Shown: piece after piece, positions 26,636-35,855 of the stretch
Numbering within the stretch: the first letter of the stretch is position 1
How the letters are laid out: every line of letters begins with the position of its first letter
Position numbers and translations under genes: made by a program
Virus record (IMG/VR): IMGVR_UViG_3300017991_000105
Span: 3,901 to 67,900 of that record
Length of the DNA: 64,000 nt
DNA from: a virus
Reading direction: 5' to 3' (one strand)
The notes under the pieces: model-generated
Database searches by the model: none
Told to the model about the DNA's origin: nothing
What the model saw: the letters and a program-made list of their open reading frames with translations, nothing else

Positions 26636-26817
26636 TCACTTTTTACTTGACGCCTGGCTATAAAGGTTCTTCCTGACGGAAGAACCATTGTAGGTACTTA
26701 CCAGCCCTATCCGGGTCTTTAGATATTCAGGATCTATAGATACCCATGAACGTCCATGAACGCTAATAAGCGCTATCGCGCCCGCGCCCGTGCGCGTACA
26801 TATATAGGGCCAGAAAT
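26636..26817. other. Candidate replication origin / non-coding control region
   Basis: Compositionally atypical gap between HTH and DnaC-like genes with a hairpin, direct repeats and a CGCG...TATATA tract. Confidence 0.45.
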
Positions 26818-27441
26818 TCACAGCGCCTCCTTGGCCAGGACTTCCATGATCCCCTGGTGTTTTTCAAACAGCTCCCGGATGGTGTAGTCCTGGACGCCCA
26901 GGGTCTCCCCGTCCATCATGAAGGCGCTGATCCCTTTGTGGACCACGAAGGCCCCGAACGTCCGGACCATGTGTTTGATCCGGATGTGGTCCTTCTTCTC
27001 CGCCTTATACCTGAACCCACGGACCTCCTGATGGACCGCGTAGAAGAACTTCAGAAGATCCGTGGGGTTCATCTTGTCCGCCGGTTTCCCGCGTGGCTTC
27101 AGCTTGGCTTCTGGCTTGTGGACCCCCTGGCGCTTCAGCGCTTCAAAGTCCACGTCCGCCAACCTGTCCACGCCCTGGGCCTTGGCCAAGGCGTCAGGAT
27201 TGTAGGTGAACATCCGCTTGACTTTGATGGTGGGGGTCTTCAGAAGAACGTCCGCCTGGACCAGCTCCTTCATGTGGTTCCTGATGGTGTCTGTGTCCGT
27301 CTCCCGAAGCGTGGACAGCTCTGACGTGGACGGAAGCCGTCCGTCACTGAAATGGGGGATCATCTCCATCAGCGTGACTTTGGCTCCGTCCGTCAGCTCC
27401 GGGTGTCTGGCTATCAGTAGGAGAAGAATGTAGTCCATCAT
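26818..27441 (-). CDS. Winged-HTH protein, possible replication initiator
   Basis: LTDGAKVTL...PSTSELS.LR.TDTDTIRNHMKELVQA; sits upstream of the DnaC-like gene. Confidence 0.6.
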   Translation of the reverse strand: MMDYILLLLIARHPELTDGAKVTLMEMIPHFSDGRLPSTSELSTLRETDTDTIRNHMKELVQADVLLKTPTIKVKRMFTYNPDALAKAQGVDRLADVDFEALKRQGVHKPEAKLKPRGKPADKMNPTDLLKFFYAVHQEVRGFRYKAEKKDHIRIKHMVRTFGAFVVHKGISAFMMDGETLGVQDYTIRELFEKHQGIMEVLAKEAL

Positions 27442-27728
27442 CTGACCTGTAGGTTCTGGGCCAGCTCCGCCACTTCCGCCAGCTTGGGGACCAACTGTTC
27501 ATCCACCATGTTCCACGCCTCCTTGAACGTGTCACTGACCTGGTGGCGTTCACATGGTAGCTGACAGGCCGCTGACGCCCCTGTCCCGTACAACATGACC
27601 GACACCTTGACCTCCACAAACCCAACTTCCTTCTTCCCCTCTGTGGTCTTCACAGGGGCCTTCCTGGACTTGGTTGATTTCTTCGTAGCTTTCTTAGATT
27701 GGGGACGCAAGAGCCGTGATTTTGCCAT
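27438..27728 (-). CDS. Hypothetical protein
   Basis: 96-aa ORF, GGAGG RBS. Confidence 0.65.
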   Translation of the reverse strand: MAKSRLLRPQSKKATKKSTKSRKAPVKTTEGKKEVGFVEVKVSVMLYGTGASAACQLPCERHQVSDTFKEAWNMVDEQLVPKLAEVAELAQNLQVR

Positions 27729-28104
27729 TTTTGACCTCCGTCTTCAGCCGCTTCACTTCCAAAGCGGCCCGCTGTTTGAACCGTGTACTTTCAATGGATT
27801 TCCCGGACTTCTTCAGCCGTCCGTCAGAGCCTGTTCTGTTCAGTCCTTCCTGTTCCAGTAACATCTTGAAGATCCGGATTTCCTGGGCCGAATACCAGCG
27901 CCGTCCGTCCCGTAGCTTGAAGATGGGTTCAGGAAGAACTCCCTTCTTGTCCCAAGCCCTGATAGTCCTGACAGTCCGGCCCAGGGCCTGGGCCACCACA
28001 AACCTGGAGTAGACCGTGAACTGGGTCCCCCCAAGGGTCACCCACTTCTCCTTCCGTTTGTCTATCTTGCTTTCTGTCTGGGCCGTGTCTGTAGCTCCCG
28101 CCAT
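27694..28104 (-). CDS. MerR-like HTH DNA-binding protein
   Basis: VAQALGRTVRTIRAWDKKGVLP...GRRWYS..EI. Confidence 0.82.
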   Translation of the reverse strand: MAGATDTAQTESKIDKRKEKWVTLGGTQFTVYSRFVVAQALGRTVRTIRAWDKKGVLPEPIFKLRDGRRWYSAQEIRIFKMLLEQEGLNRTGSDGRLKKSGKSIESTRFKQRAALEVKRLKTEVKNGKITALASPI

Positions 28105-28664
28105 AACGCTTCAACCTTTCGTAGGTGATCGGAGAACAGTTCACCCGCCGCTACTTCATCTTCAAAACTGAGGATGAAGGATGGACTCCTGATCACGATG
28201 AAGGGGGTCAGGTATCCCTTCACAGCGAATTCATCAGGAAGGATGAACTGTCCCGCCAGGGTTCTGATGTCAGGGGGACTGACGCCGTGTCCCAGTAGAT
28301 ATTTAGCCGCTTCCTTCCCCACTACCACCACCAGGTTGGGACAGAAGGCTTCCAAGATGTCCTGAAAGACTTCTTCACAGGCCCGTAGGTTGGCCACCCG
28401 TGGGGTGTGTGGGAACGAACACAGCGGAAATGAAAAAGCCACCACATCTTGGGGGAACCTCCACCCAATGTCCTTCCATATGGGTTCAAAGAAGGACAGG
28501 TCTTCCATGAAGGCGTCAGGGCTGAACACCATGAACGTCTTGGGGTTCTTGGATCTCCATTCCGCCCGCTGTTGGGTGTTTTCCGGACACAGGCTACAAA
28601 CAGGACCACCTGTGTTTAGAAGATCACTTCTTTCCTTTTGAAGGATCTTTGACGTAAAGAGCAT
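28062..28664 (-). CDS. Degenerate UDG-fold protein
   Basis: CSLC, C...F..IL...PNLVVVVGKEAA..LLG, IRSPSFIL; lacks GEAPG and HPA. Confidence 0.55.
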   Translation of the reverse strand: MLFTSKILQKERSDLLNTGGPVCSLCPENTQQRAEWRSKNPKTFMVFSPDAFMEDLSFFEPIWKDIGWRFPQDVVAFSFPLCSFPHTPRVANLRACEEVFQDILEAFCPNLVVVVGKEAAKYLLGHGVSPPDIRTLAGQFILPDEFAVKGYLTPFIVIRSPSFILSFEDEVAAGELFSDHLRKVEALWRELQTRPRQKAR

Positions 28665-29121
28665 AGCTGGTCTCCTTGGTCAGTAGCCGTCCCAGGTCCG
28701 CGTCAGAGATTTCTCCCAGTTCATGAAGGGCTTCAATCTTGGCGTCATCTATGACCTGACTGGTGGCCTTCTCCCAAACACCCAGAGCCATCAGGATGTC
28801 CTCCGCTTCGTCCACGTAGCGGATGGAAACCCGCGCCGTGTAGTCCACCTGGAGCCCGTCCACACTGGCGTGGAAGGAGCCTTTTTCATCCTTCACGCCT
28901 TCCGCCTGGACCCGCTCCGTGATGGCCTTCTTCAGGCTGGACACCCCGTCATTCAGAAGCTTGATCTGTTTCTTCAGGTCCATGTAGCGCTTGGCCATGA
29001 AGCCCAGGGTCTGTTCCGCCGGGTTCTCCTTCTTAGGGGTCCCCTTGGGATCTTCCGTGGTGTCCGTAGCTGGGGGTGATGTGTCTGTATCTGTCCGTTT
29101 CTTCAGTAGTCTTTTGGCCAC
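28624..29121 (-). CDS. Hypothetical protein
   Basis: 165-aa ORF, AAGGAGG RBS. Confidence 0.7.
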   Translation of the reverse strand: MAKRLLKKRTDTDTSPPATDTTEDPKGTPKKENPAEQTLGFMAKRYMDLKKQIKLLNDGVSSLKKAITERVQAEGVKDEKGSFHASVDGLQVDYTARVSIRYVDEAEDILMALGVWEKATSQVIDDAKIEALHELGEISDADLGRLLTKETSYALYVKDPSKGKK

Positions 29122-29131
29122 TCTGTCCTCC

Positions 29132-30574
29132 TTATGTCAGAGACATGTTCTTGAACTTCTCCAGCCCGAAGCTGGCGTAGACCGCCCGCCGTCTCTTGAA
29201 ATGGTTCCACATGACCGGGTTGGAGTCCACGTAGTCATAGATCACAGCGTCAGACTTCCATGGAGCCGCCCGCCTGATCCTTCCAGCCACCTGTTCCGTG
29301 TCCTTTCTGTTTCCCACTGTTCCCGCCAGGAACAGCCTGTCCAAGGGATTGATGGAAGCCCCGGTCTTCGTCAGTTGGATGGTCCCAACAGCCACCTTGA
29401 CGCGCCTGTCTATCAGGGCCTGTTCTGTCTCCGCTATCTGTTTCTTGGTCCGTCCTCCTTCCAGGGGCTCCGCGTAGACCTTCGCCCGCCGTAGTAGGTC
29501 AATCAGTTTGTAGACGTGAACCTTCCTCCGGCACACCACCAGACAGGAGTGGCCCGCCAGGGCTTCACGTTTAACGTCCTCTACGATCATGGAATTCCGT
29601 TCAGTGTTTTCCTGAATGGCCTTGTCTATGTCGTAGATTTGGATCAGGGTTCCGCCTTTCTTGTCCGTCAGCTCCAGACCCGTGGTCCTGACTATCACGT
29701 CCGTGATGGGCTGGGCCGTCTCTGACGCCACGTTCCCCTTCACCTTGAAGAAGGGGTCCCCGAAGGTCAGGAAGATCACTTGGTCCAAGCCGTCCCCACG
29801 TTCTGGGGTAGCCGTCAAGCCGATCCTGAACCGCGCTGGCCAGGTGTCCACTACCTGGTGGAAGGTCTTGGCCGGACACAGATGACATTCATCAAAGATG
29901 ACCGTCCCAAACTCCCCCTTCAGTTCCTCCAGAACGTCCATCTTCTTCTTGAACATGGACTGAAGGTAGGCCACAGTGAACTGGTCCCCCAGGTGGGTCT
30001 TCTTGCCCTGGATGGTTCCAATGTCAGAGTCCTGGAACCCGTAGGTCTTCACCAGGTCCCGCCGCCAGGAATTGGCCACCAGTTGACGGTGTGTCAGTAC
30101 CAGGGTCTTCTGGCCCATCATGGAGGCCGCCATGGCCGCCAGAACCGTCTTCCCCGTGGCCGTGGGTAGAACCAGGAGGAAATTGGGGAAGGGCCGTGTG
30201 GGCCGTTGTAGCTCCCCCTCCAGCTTCATCAGCGCCTGGTTCTGGAGATCGTTGGGAGTGATCTTCCAGGAAGGGAAGTCCACGGGAGCCGTGACCGTGT
30301 CATCCACGATCCTGAACCCGTGGGTCTCCAGCTTGTCCAGTCCTCCCATGACCCCAAACCCGTAGCCCCTGGGAACAGACAGTGACCCGTCCGTGTTGAA
30401 CTTGGCCATCTGGATCTTGGGCTTCACATAGAAAGGGATGTCATATGGGGAATACTTCTCCAGGTCCCTGTAGGTGGGGTTATCTACTGACGTGTCATCC
30501 ACCAACCGCCGCTTCAAGGGGGTGGATAGTGGCTTCAGGGTCAGCCTGTCCCTGACCGTGACCGTCTTGTCCAT
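29132..30574 (-). CDS. Superfamily 2 (DExH) helicase
   Basis: PTATGKT, FDECH, GLTATP.R.DG, QVAGRIRR. Confidence 0.95.
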   Translation of the reverse strand: MDKTVTVRDRLTLKPLSTPLKRRLVDDTSVDNPTYRDLEKYSPYDIPFYVKPKIQMAKFNTDGSLSVPRGYGFGVMGGLDKLETHGFRIVDDTVTAPVDFPSWKITPNDLQNQALMKLEGELQRPTRPFPNFLLVLPTATGKTVLAAMAASMMGQKTLVLTHRQLVANSWRRDLVKTYGFQDSDIGTIQGKKTHLGDQFTVAYLQSMFKKKMDVLEELKGEFGTVIFDECHLCPAKTFHQVVDTWPARFRIGLTATPERGDGLDQVIFLTFGDPFFKVKGNVASETAQPITDVIVRTTGLELTDKKGGTLIQIYDIDKAIQENTERNSMIVEDVKREALAGHSCLVVCRRKVHVYKLIDLLRRAKVYAEPLEGGRTKKQIAETEQALIDRRVKVAVGTIQLTKTGASINPLDRLFLAGTVGNRKDTEQVAGRIRRAAPWKSDAVIYDYVDSNPVMWNHFKRRRAVYASFGLEKFKNMSLT

Positions 30575-30737
30575 CCGTGGGTTCCTCCGTGTCTTTCAGT
30601 TTAGCTGTAGCCGTGTCCTGGTCATATTCCCGCCGGTCATAGAACTCTTCCTTCTTCCCTTTGTTCCACTGTTCCACGGGCCTGTAGTAGCCGACCACGC
30701 GGGAATAGACTTCAGTTTTGCTTCCACATCTGTTCAT
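30495..30737 (-). CDS. Stand-alone glycyl-radical domain of class III ribonucleotide reductase (NrdD C-terminus-like)
   Basis: EVYSRVVGYYRPVEQWNKGKKEEF.DR motif. Confidence 0.85.
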   Translation of the reverse strand: MNRCGSKTEVYSRVVGYYRPVEQWNKGKKEEFYDRREYDQDTATAKLKDTEEPTDGQDGHGQGQADPEATIHPLEAAVGG

Positions 30738-30749
30738 TCATCTTCCTCC

Positions 30750-30778
30750 AAATTACCATGGAAATTCTCATAGGTCAA
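30750..30778 (-). promoter_or_regulatory. Sigma70-type promoter starting the replication module
   Basis: TTGACC-N17-TAATTT with TG extended -10. Confidence 0.7.
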
Positions 30779-30780
30779 GG

Positions 30781-30807
30781 AAAAAATGAACCCCAGTTTT
30801 CAGGGGT
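30781..30807 (-). terminator. Probable terminator of the structural operon
   Basis: ACCCC-TGAAAACT-GGGGT followed by TCATTTTTT. Confidence 0.5.
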
Positions 30808-30810
30808 GAT

Positions 30811-31791
30811 CTAAAGCTTGATCAGCCAGATGACCAAGGTCCCGTCCCCTCTGTCAAAGGGAGCTATCCCCACGTCAGCCCAACCCACTGGGATGGGGTT
30901 GGCGCTGGGGTAGAAGATCATCCCGTCCTGGGGGATCACCTGGGTGGCCTGTTCCGCGCCCCCCGCGTAGACCAAGGGCCGCCTGTCAAAGACTTTGTCA
31001 TCCTCCACTGGAAGGATGGTTCCCGCCGCGCCTGACCCGTCATCCTGAACGTGGATCTCCGCCAGGATCACGTGGTCATAGTATTGGCCTTCAAAATTCT
31101 CCGTGAAATTGAAGTCCTGTTCCGTCCCCTGGTTCAGCCCCTCCACTATCACGAAGTCCCCGGCCTGGTCCACCATGATCAGAACAGGCATCCAGGAATT
31201 AGGGGTCATGGCTGACAGAAGGTAGGGGAAGGACGTGAAGTCCATGGCCGTGGGTGGGATGACCACGGGGATCTTGGGTCTGATGTAGACCGTCCCGCCC
31301 GTGATCAGGACGCCCGCTGACGCCGGGTCCGTCTGGGTGACCAGGCCCGCCAGCGTGACCAGCGTCTTCTGGCCCCAGTATTGGGTCCGCCCTATGGAGT
31401 CGTAGATTTCGTTGAAATCATGAGCCCGAAGCCCAGAGCCCAGGCCAAGGTAGGACACCGTCACCGTCTTCCCGGAGTCACCCGTGTAGAACAGGATCTG
31501 GCCCGTGTTGTAGTTCACGTAGAACTCCCCGCCCGTGGTGGGACTGTAGTCTACCTCCGTGAACGTGATGGAGCCTGTGACCCCAACAGAGCCAGGTTCA
31601 GGAGCCTCCACCAGGTAGACCGTGGGGTCTGTTGGAATGACGTGTTCTTCCACCTGGGACACAGGGGAAGGCCGCTTGTCTACTTTGTCAGTGAATACAT
31701 CTAGGTCATCTGGAAACACCGTCATCCTCACTTTCTCGCCATTCAATCTGACCCACGCCAGTGATCTCCCCTGGTACGTTGGCCAGGTCAT
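30811..31791 (-). CDS. Minor tail / virion protein
   Basis: Beta-rich; GEFYVNYNTGQILF motif seen in tail proteins; last gene of the tail cluster. Confidence 0.6.
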   Translation of the reverse strand: MTWPTYQGRSLAWVRLNGEKVRMTVFPDDLDVFTDKVDKRPSPVSQVEEHVIPTDPTVYLVEAPEPGSVGVTGSITFTEVDYSPTTGGEFYVNYNTGQILFYTGDSGKTVTVSYLGLGSGLRAHDFNEIYDSIGRTQYWGQKTLVTLAGLVTQTDPASAGVLITGGTVYIRPKIPVVIPPTAMDFTSFPYLLSAMTPNSWMPVLIMVDQAGDFVIVEGLNQGTEQDFNFTENFEGQYYDHVILAEIHVQDDGSGAAGTILPVEDDKVFDRRPLVYAGGAEQATQVIPQDGMIFYPSANPIPVGWADVGIAPFDRGDGTLVIWLIKL

Positions 31792-32533
31792 CCGGGTGTA
31801 GGACGTAGACTGGGATCAGTAGGTCAAAGCCGTTCACGATCCGCTCCACGGGAGACATGGTCCATCCGAAATTGGCCCCTTCACCCATGAATGAACCGCC
31901 GATGAAGGAAGGGCCGTCATCCGCCGTGAAGGTCAGAACCAACATGACCTGACCTCTGGACTCCGCCGTGACAGGAGCCTGGAACCCAATGGTGACATCC
32001 AGGTAGCTGTCAGAGTCCATGTAGCCCAGCTCCAGCCCTGAAGGGATGAAGTCAGGCGTCCCTGTTCCTGCTATGAAATACTGGGCCATCTCTGACCCTT
32101 CTGGGAGCGTGGCCCCTGTGGGTTCACAGGACAGCGTCAACCCATAAAGGTCCTCCGCGTCCGGGTGGTCTTTGTTCCACCAAAGCCTGGCCGTCAGCTC
32201 CCGCGTGGTTCCAAGGACGTAGAAGTAGAAGGGGATGGAAGGGACCAGGATGTCATCATCATAGAACCCCAGGAACTTGGTCTGGTCATCCACGTCAGGG
32301 AACAGGGGGATCTCCAGCGTGGCCGGTTCTATGTTCCTGAAGTAGCCCCATTCAAAGATGGCTTCCGTGTCATGTCCTCCGCCCAGGGGGATCAGGACAA
32401 ACTGTCCGAACTGGAAGATGGGTTCTCCCTTGAAGAGCCCAGGAACCTCTGTCCAGACGTTGTATCCTTCCCAAATGTGGACCGTCTGTCTGGTTCTGTT
32501 CACGTCATAGACGTGTCTGATGGCGTGTTTCAT
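31706..32533 (-). CDS. Putative virion protein
   Basis: 275-aa ORF in tail cluster. Confidence 0.55.
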   Translation of the reverse strand: MKHAIRHVYDVNRTRQTVHIWEGYNVWTEVPGLFKGEPIFQFGQFVLIPLGGGHDTEAIFEWGYFRNIEPATLEIPLFPDVDDQTKFLGFYDDDILVPSIPFYFYVLGTTRELTARLWWNKDHPDAEDLYGLTLSCEPTGATLPEGSEMAQYFIAGTGTPDFIPSGLELGYMDSDSYLDVTIGFQAPVTAESRGQVMLVLTFTADDGPSFIGGSFMGEGANFGWTMSPVERIVNGFDLLIPVYVLHPDDLANVPGEITGVGQIEWRESEDDGVSR

Positions 32534-33507
32534 CCCGCCCCCACTACCAGGTCAAAGTGAAGCCCGCTGGCCTGGGGGGAGCCCGCGTCCACGGTCCTCC
32601 GGAGCCAGATGGTGGCCACCTGTTCTTCCGTGTCTACTTCCAGGTCCAAGGGTTCCGCCTCCGTGGGGTGGAACAAATTGACACCCAGGGGGCTCTGGTC
32701 ATCCGCTGGGATCGTGGAGGCCGGGTAGCCTTCCGTCCCTACGTCCACAGACGTGTAGAAGGAGATCACGTCCCCAACCATACCGCCTCCGCCGCTGTAC
32801 GATGGAACAAAGAAGGAAGTGTCTGTCTTGGAAGAGTAGACCAGGTTATGATCCCGCGTTTCATTCCTGATGACCCCCTGGGGAGGAAAATTCACCGTTG
32901 ACGCCACGTAGACCGTCAAGGGTCCCGTGGTGGGGTAGCCTTCCACGTTGGACACCGTGGTGGGGAGAACATTGTTCTCCATCCAAATCTGGGCCGTGGC
33001 CATGGGGGTGGTCCCGATATTCCGGAGGAACAGACAGCGATAGTCAAAGATCCCTTCTTCCGCTTCTATGGCCGTGATGTCATCAAAGATCCCGTTCAGT
33101 GTTGGCCGTAGGGTTATGGGGTAGGGCTGACCAGACACCGCCGGAAGAATGTCATGTCTGACGATCACGCGGACCACTTTGTCAGGGTCTTCTCCGTCTT
33201 CCAGCCGAAGGTGGGAGTGTTCGTCACCCAGGTAGTCAGGCGGAACCGCCTGATAGGCTCCCGCCGTGGAAGAGCCAGGAGCCCGCCAGGCCAAGGACTT
33301 CCCGTCCACCAAGATAGTCCCGACCCGTCCCAGTCTCATGTTCCTGGGGGAAGCGTCCACCAGCCAGACACCTGTCAGAGCGTGGGGGATGTCCCCTGTC
33401 ACGCCAGGGATTTCCACGCCTGTGTAGACCCCGCCCAACATGTCCCACTCCAGAAGTCCAGGGTCTTCCCCCAGACTGTAGCTTCTGACAAACCGAAGGT
33501 CCAACAT
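32530..33507 (-). CDS. Tail protein (paralog of 35856-36863)
   Basis: SLAWRAPG...IFDDI...YRCLFLRNIG shared with paralog. Confidence 0.65.
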   Translation of the reverse strand: MLDLRFVRSYSLGEDPGLLEWDMLGGVYTGVEIPGVTGDIPHALTGVWLVDASPRNMRLGRVGTILVDGKSLAWRAPGSSTAGAYQAVPPDYLGDEHSHLRLEDGEDPDKVVRVIVRHDILPAVSGQPYPITLRPTLNGIFDDITAIEAEEGIFDYRCLFLRNIGTTPMATAQIWMENNVLPTTVSNVEGYPTTGPLTVYVASTVNFPPQGVIRNETRDHNLVYSSKTDTSFFVPSYSGGGGMVGDVISFYTSVDVGTEGYPASTIPADDQSPLGVNLFHPTEAEPLDLEVDTEEQVATIWLRRTVDAGSPQASGLHFDLVVGAG

Positions 33508-33989
33508 CAGATCCCCGTCCTTGCTGTGGTGGTGATGGTGAATTCCTTGAAGACGGTTCCGTCAGGTCTGAAGAACCGAAGCGTGGAACCGTCCTTCTCC
33601 CAGTCCGCCGTCATCATGACCGCCAGGAACTGGGCCAGGGAGCCCGCTATGTTCTTGTGATCATCCACAGCTTCTCCCAGGACCGCGTCCGCTATCTCCG
33701 CCGCCGTGATCCCCAGGGAAGACAGGGGAAGATCCAGGTTGAAGTCATAGGGGTGTAGGTGGATCGGGATGTAGCGGTCCCTGTTGTCCAAGACATCCCC
33801 TCCGTCCATGACTCCCACGATGGGCTCCGCTACCGTCAGGTCAAACTTGTAATGTCCCCCGCCCACTTCGTCAATGGTTGGCTGGACCACGTCCACGCCC
33901 GTAGACACTACCTTCAGACTCTCGAATTCTGGAGTCAGCCCTTCACGGGGAATTCCCGCGCTCTGGAAGTATAACGTGTAGATACTCAT
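33507..33989 (-). CDS. Putative virion protein
   Basis: EVGGGHYKF, AEIADAV...H..AGS motif; tail cluster. Confidence 0.55.
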   Translation of the reverse strand: MSIYTLYFQSAGIPREGLTPEFESLKVVSTGVDVVQPTIDEVGGGHYKFDLTVAEPIVGVMDGGDVLDNRDRYIPIHLHPYDFNLDLPLSSLGITAAEIADAVLGEAVDDHKNIAGSLAQFLAVMMTADWEKDGSTLRFFRPDGTVFKEFTITTTARTGI

Positions 33990-34309
33990 CTAAAGCCCCT
34001 TCTGGTTTTCCAAGGGCTCCCGCCCTGGACTGATCCCTGGCCTTCCCACGCGCCTGGTGGCTTCCCGAAGTCAGACCGTGGACCCGTGTGTCCGTTTACG
34101 TTGTAGGGTAGGATAGCTTCCGCTTCCAGCCTGTTCCCTTCTATGGCCCACTGACCGAAGAAAGCCGTCCGAAGCCTACCGTCAATCAGGTAGGTGTCTA
34201 TGAACGCCCGCCGTCTTCGCCGTCCCGTCAGAAGACCCAAAGGGGTCCAGGTCTTTCCTGGAACCGTCTGGACTCCGAAGGGAGTGATGAATACTTGATC
34301 ATCTGACAT
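33986..34309 (-). CDS. Hypothetical protein
   Basis: 107-aa ORF coupled to neighbours. Confidence 0.55.
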   Translation of the reverse strand: MSDDQVFITPFGVQTVPGKTWTPLGLLTGRRRRRAFIDTYLIDGRLRTAFFGQWAIEGNRLEAEAILPYNVNGHTGPRSDFGKPPGAWEGQGSVQGGSPWKTRRGFR

Positions 34310-34310
34310 G

Positions 34311-35846
34311 TCAGAACAGCCTTGGAATGGGGTCTATATAAATACTCTTCCCTGGTGAAAAGGTGGACAATACCACCCTGATAGGGACTCTCTGGTTCTC
34401 TGGTCCTAAGTGAGTGAACGCTATAGGAACATACATGACGAACGGAACATAGGCCCCCTGATTTTCCCACGTGGATGTGGCGTCAGCTACCAGGTCTACT
34501 CTGTCCTGGGCCGCGTTAGCTATGGGCCGACCTGACAGAGTAAAGCGGACCCCTGGCTGAAAGGCGCTAATGTCTCCGTGGTCTATCTCCGCCCAGATCG
34601 TTCCCTGGTGGAGTGTAGCCGCTGGCCAATTTTGGTGAAGACCGTGAACAGCCACCCCCAAGACACTGGTGGTCCCTGGCGGGAAGTCCATGTAGGTCTG
34701 TTCCAGGCCCCACAGGTTCAGGATCAGTCTGGCCGCCCTGTCTGGTGGGTTCGTGTTAGGGTCCAGCCTGTAGGACAGCGGGAAGGACCCGTGTCTGTAG
34801 ATGGTCTGGTCCGTGGTGATTTCCCCGCCCCACTGGAACGCCCTGTAGGCCAGGGGGTCCTGTTGGTATTCAGACATGTTCAGTTTGTGATAGTTGATGG
34901 GCTCCCAAGTCCCAGAACCCGGAGAGAATTCTATGGTTTCGTGGACCAGCTCCACTCCCCTACACTGGACAAAGGCCCCGTAGTTCTGAATTCTTAGGTC
35001 ACTGACCGATCCGTCAAGCTGGGAGTCCGTGACACTGACAGCTCCCCTACAGTTGATCAGGTTCAGCCCATAATTCCCGGAGTAGTTCTGGACATTGTTC
35101 AGGTGGACGTGGGAAGAGTCATCAAAGGTCAGCTTTGGCGTGGAACAGGCTATGACCTCCACAGAAGAACACTGGTCAAAATTCCAAGGATAGCTGGTAG
35201 GGTTACTCTGGCATTGTTGGAACCTGATGTTGTGTGACCTGAAGGCGTCAATTTCCAAAGTCCCGCCGCCCCCGGTCTTGGCGAATTCACAGGCGTAGAA
35301 CTGAACGTCCCTGGACTGATTGATGTAGACAGTCCCGTCAAACTGACACTGAACAAACGTGTTCCCTGTGGGTGTGTTTCCAGTTCCTTCTGATCCTGGA
35401 AGCTCCACGGTTCCTTGGAAGTGACACCTGTCAAACCTGGTGTCCGCCTGGGAGTCATCCGCGTAACAGTCCGCTTGACACTTAAACCTGAAGAAGCGCT
35501 GGTTGGACCCCCAGTAGATAGACAAGACTTCCACGTGTGTGTAGGTTAGAACGTCAGGGTCCCAGTCAACTCTGACCTGTCCCGCTGGTCTGGCCGTGAA
35601 CAGTTCATCCCCGGACTCTGGCCACCCTATCCACTTGACGGTCCTGTCCAAATATTGCATGAAAATCTGTGATTTCCCAACCTGGTAGGCCGTCCTCCTG
35701 ACCCACACGTTGTCCCCGTTGGACAGGGCCGTGTAGACCACGCCGTCCACCTTATTCCAGGCCCCTGGCTGGGTGTCCGCTGAAGCTTGGGTGTGGGACA
35801 GGCCGTCCCCGTGAAAGGTGGCCGTGAAGTCAATGTAGTAGTCCAT
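34311..35846 (-). CDS. Right-handed beta-helix tail spike / receptor-binding protein
   Basis: Repeated F..C.F / V...N turns; tail cluster. Confidence 0.65.
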   Translation of the reverse strand: MDYYIDFTATFHGDGLSHTQASADTQPGAWNKVDGVVYTALSNGDNVWVRRTAYQVGKSQIFMQYLDRTVKWIGWPESGDELFTARPAGQVRVDWDPDVLTYTHVEVLSIYWGSNQRFFRFKCQADCYADDSQADTRFDRCHFQGTVELPGSEGTGNTPTGNTFVQCQFDGTVYINQSRDVQFYACEFAKTGGGGTLEIDAFRSHNIRFQQCQSNPTSYPWNFDQCSSVEVIACSTPKLTFDDSSHVHLNNVQNYSGNYGLNLINCRGAVSVTDSQLDGSVSDLRIQNYGAFVQCRGVELVHETIEFSPGSGTWEPINYHKLNMSEYQQDPLAYRAFQWGGEITTDQTIYRHGSFPLSYRLDPNTNPPDRAARLILNLWGLEQTYMDFPPGTTSVLGVAVHGLHQNWPAATLHQGTIWAEIDHGDISAFQPGVRFTLSGRPIANAAQDRVDLVADATSTWENQGAYVPFVMYVPIAFTHLGPENQRVPIRVVLSTFSPGKSIYIDPIPRLF

Positions 35847-35855
35847 GGGGGTCTC

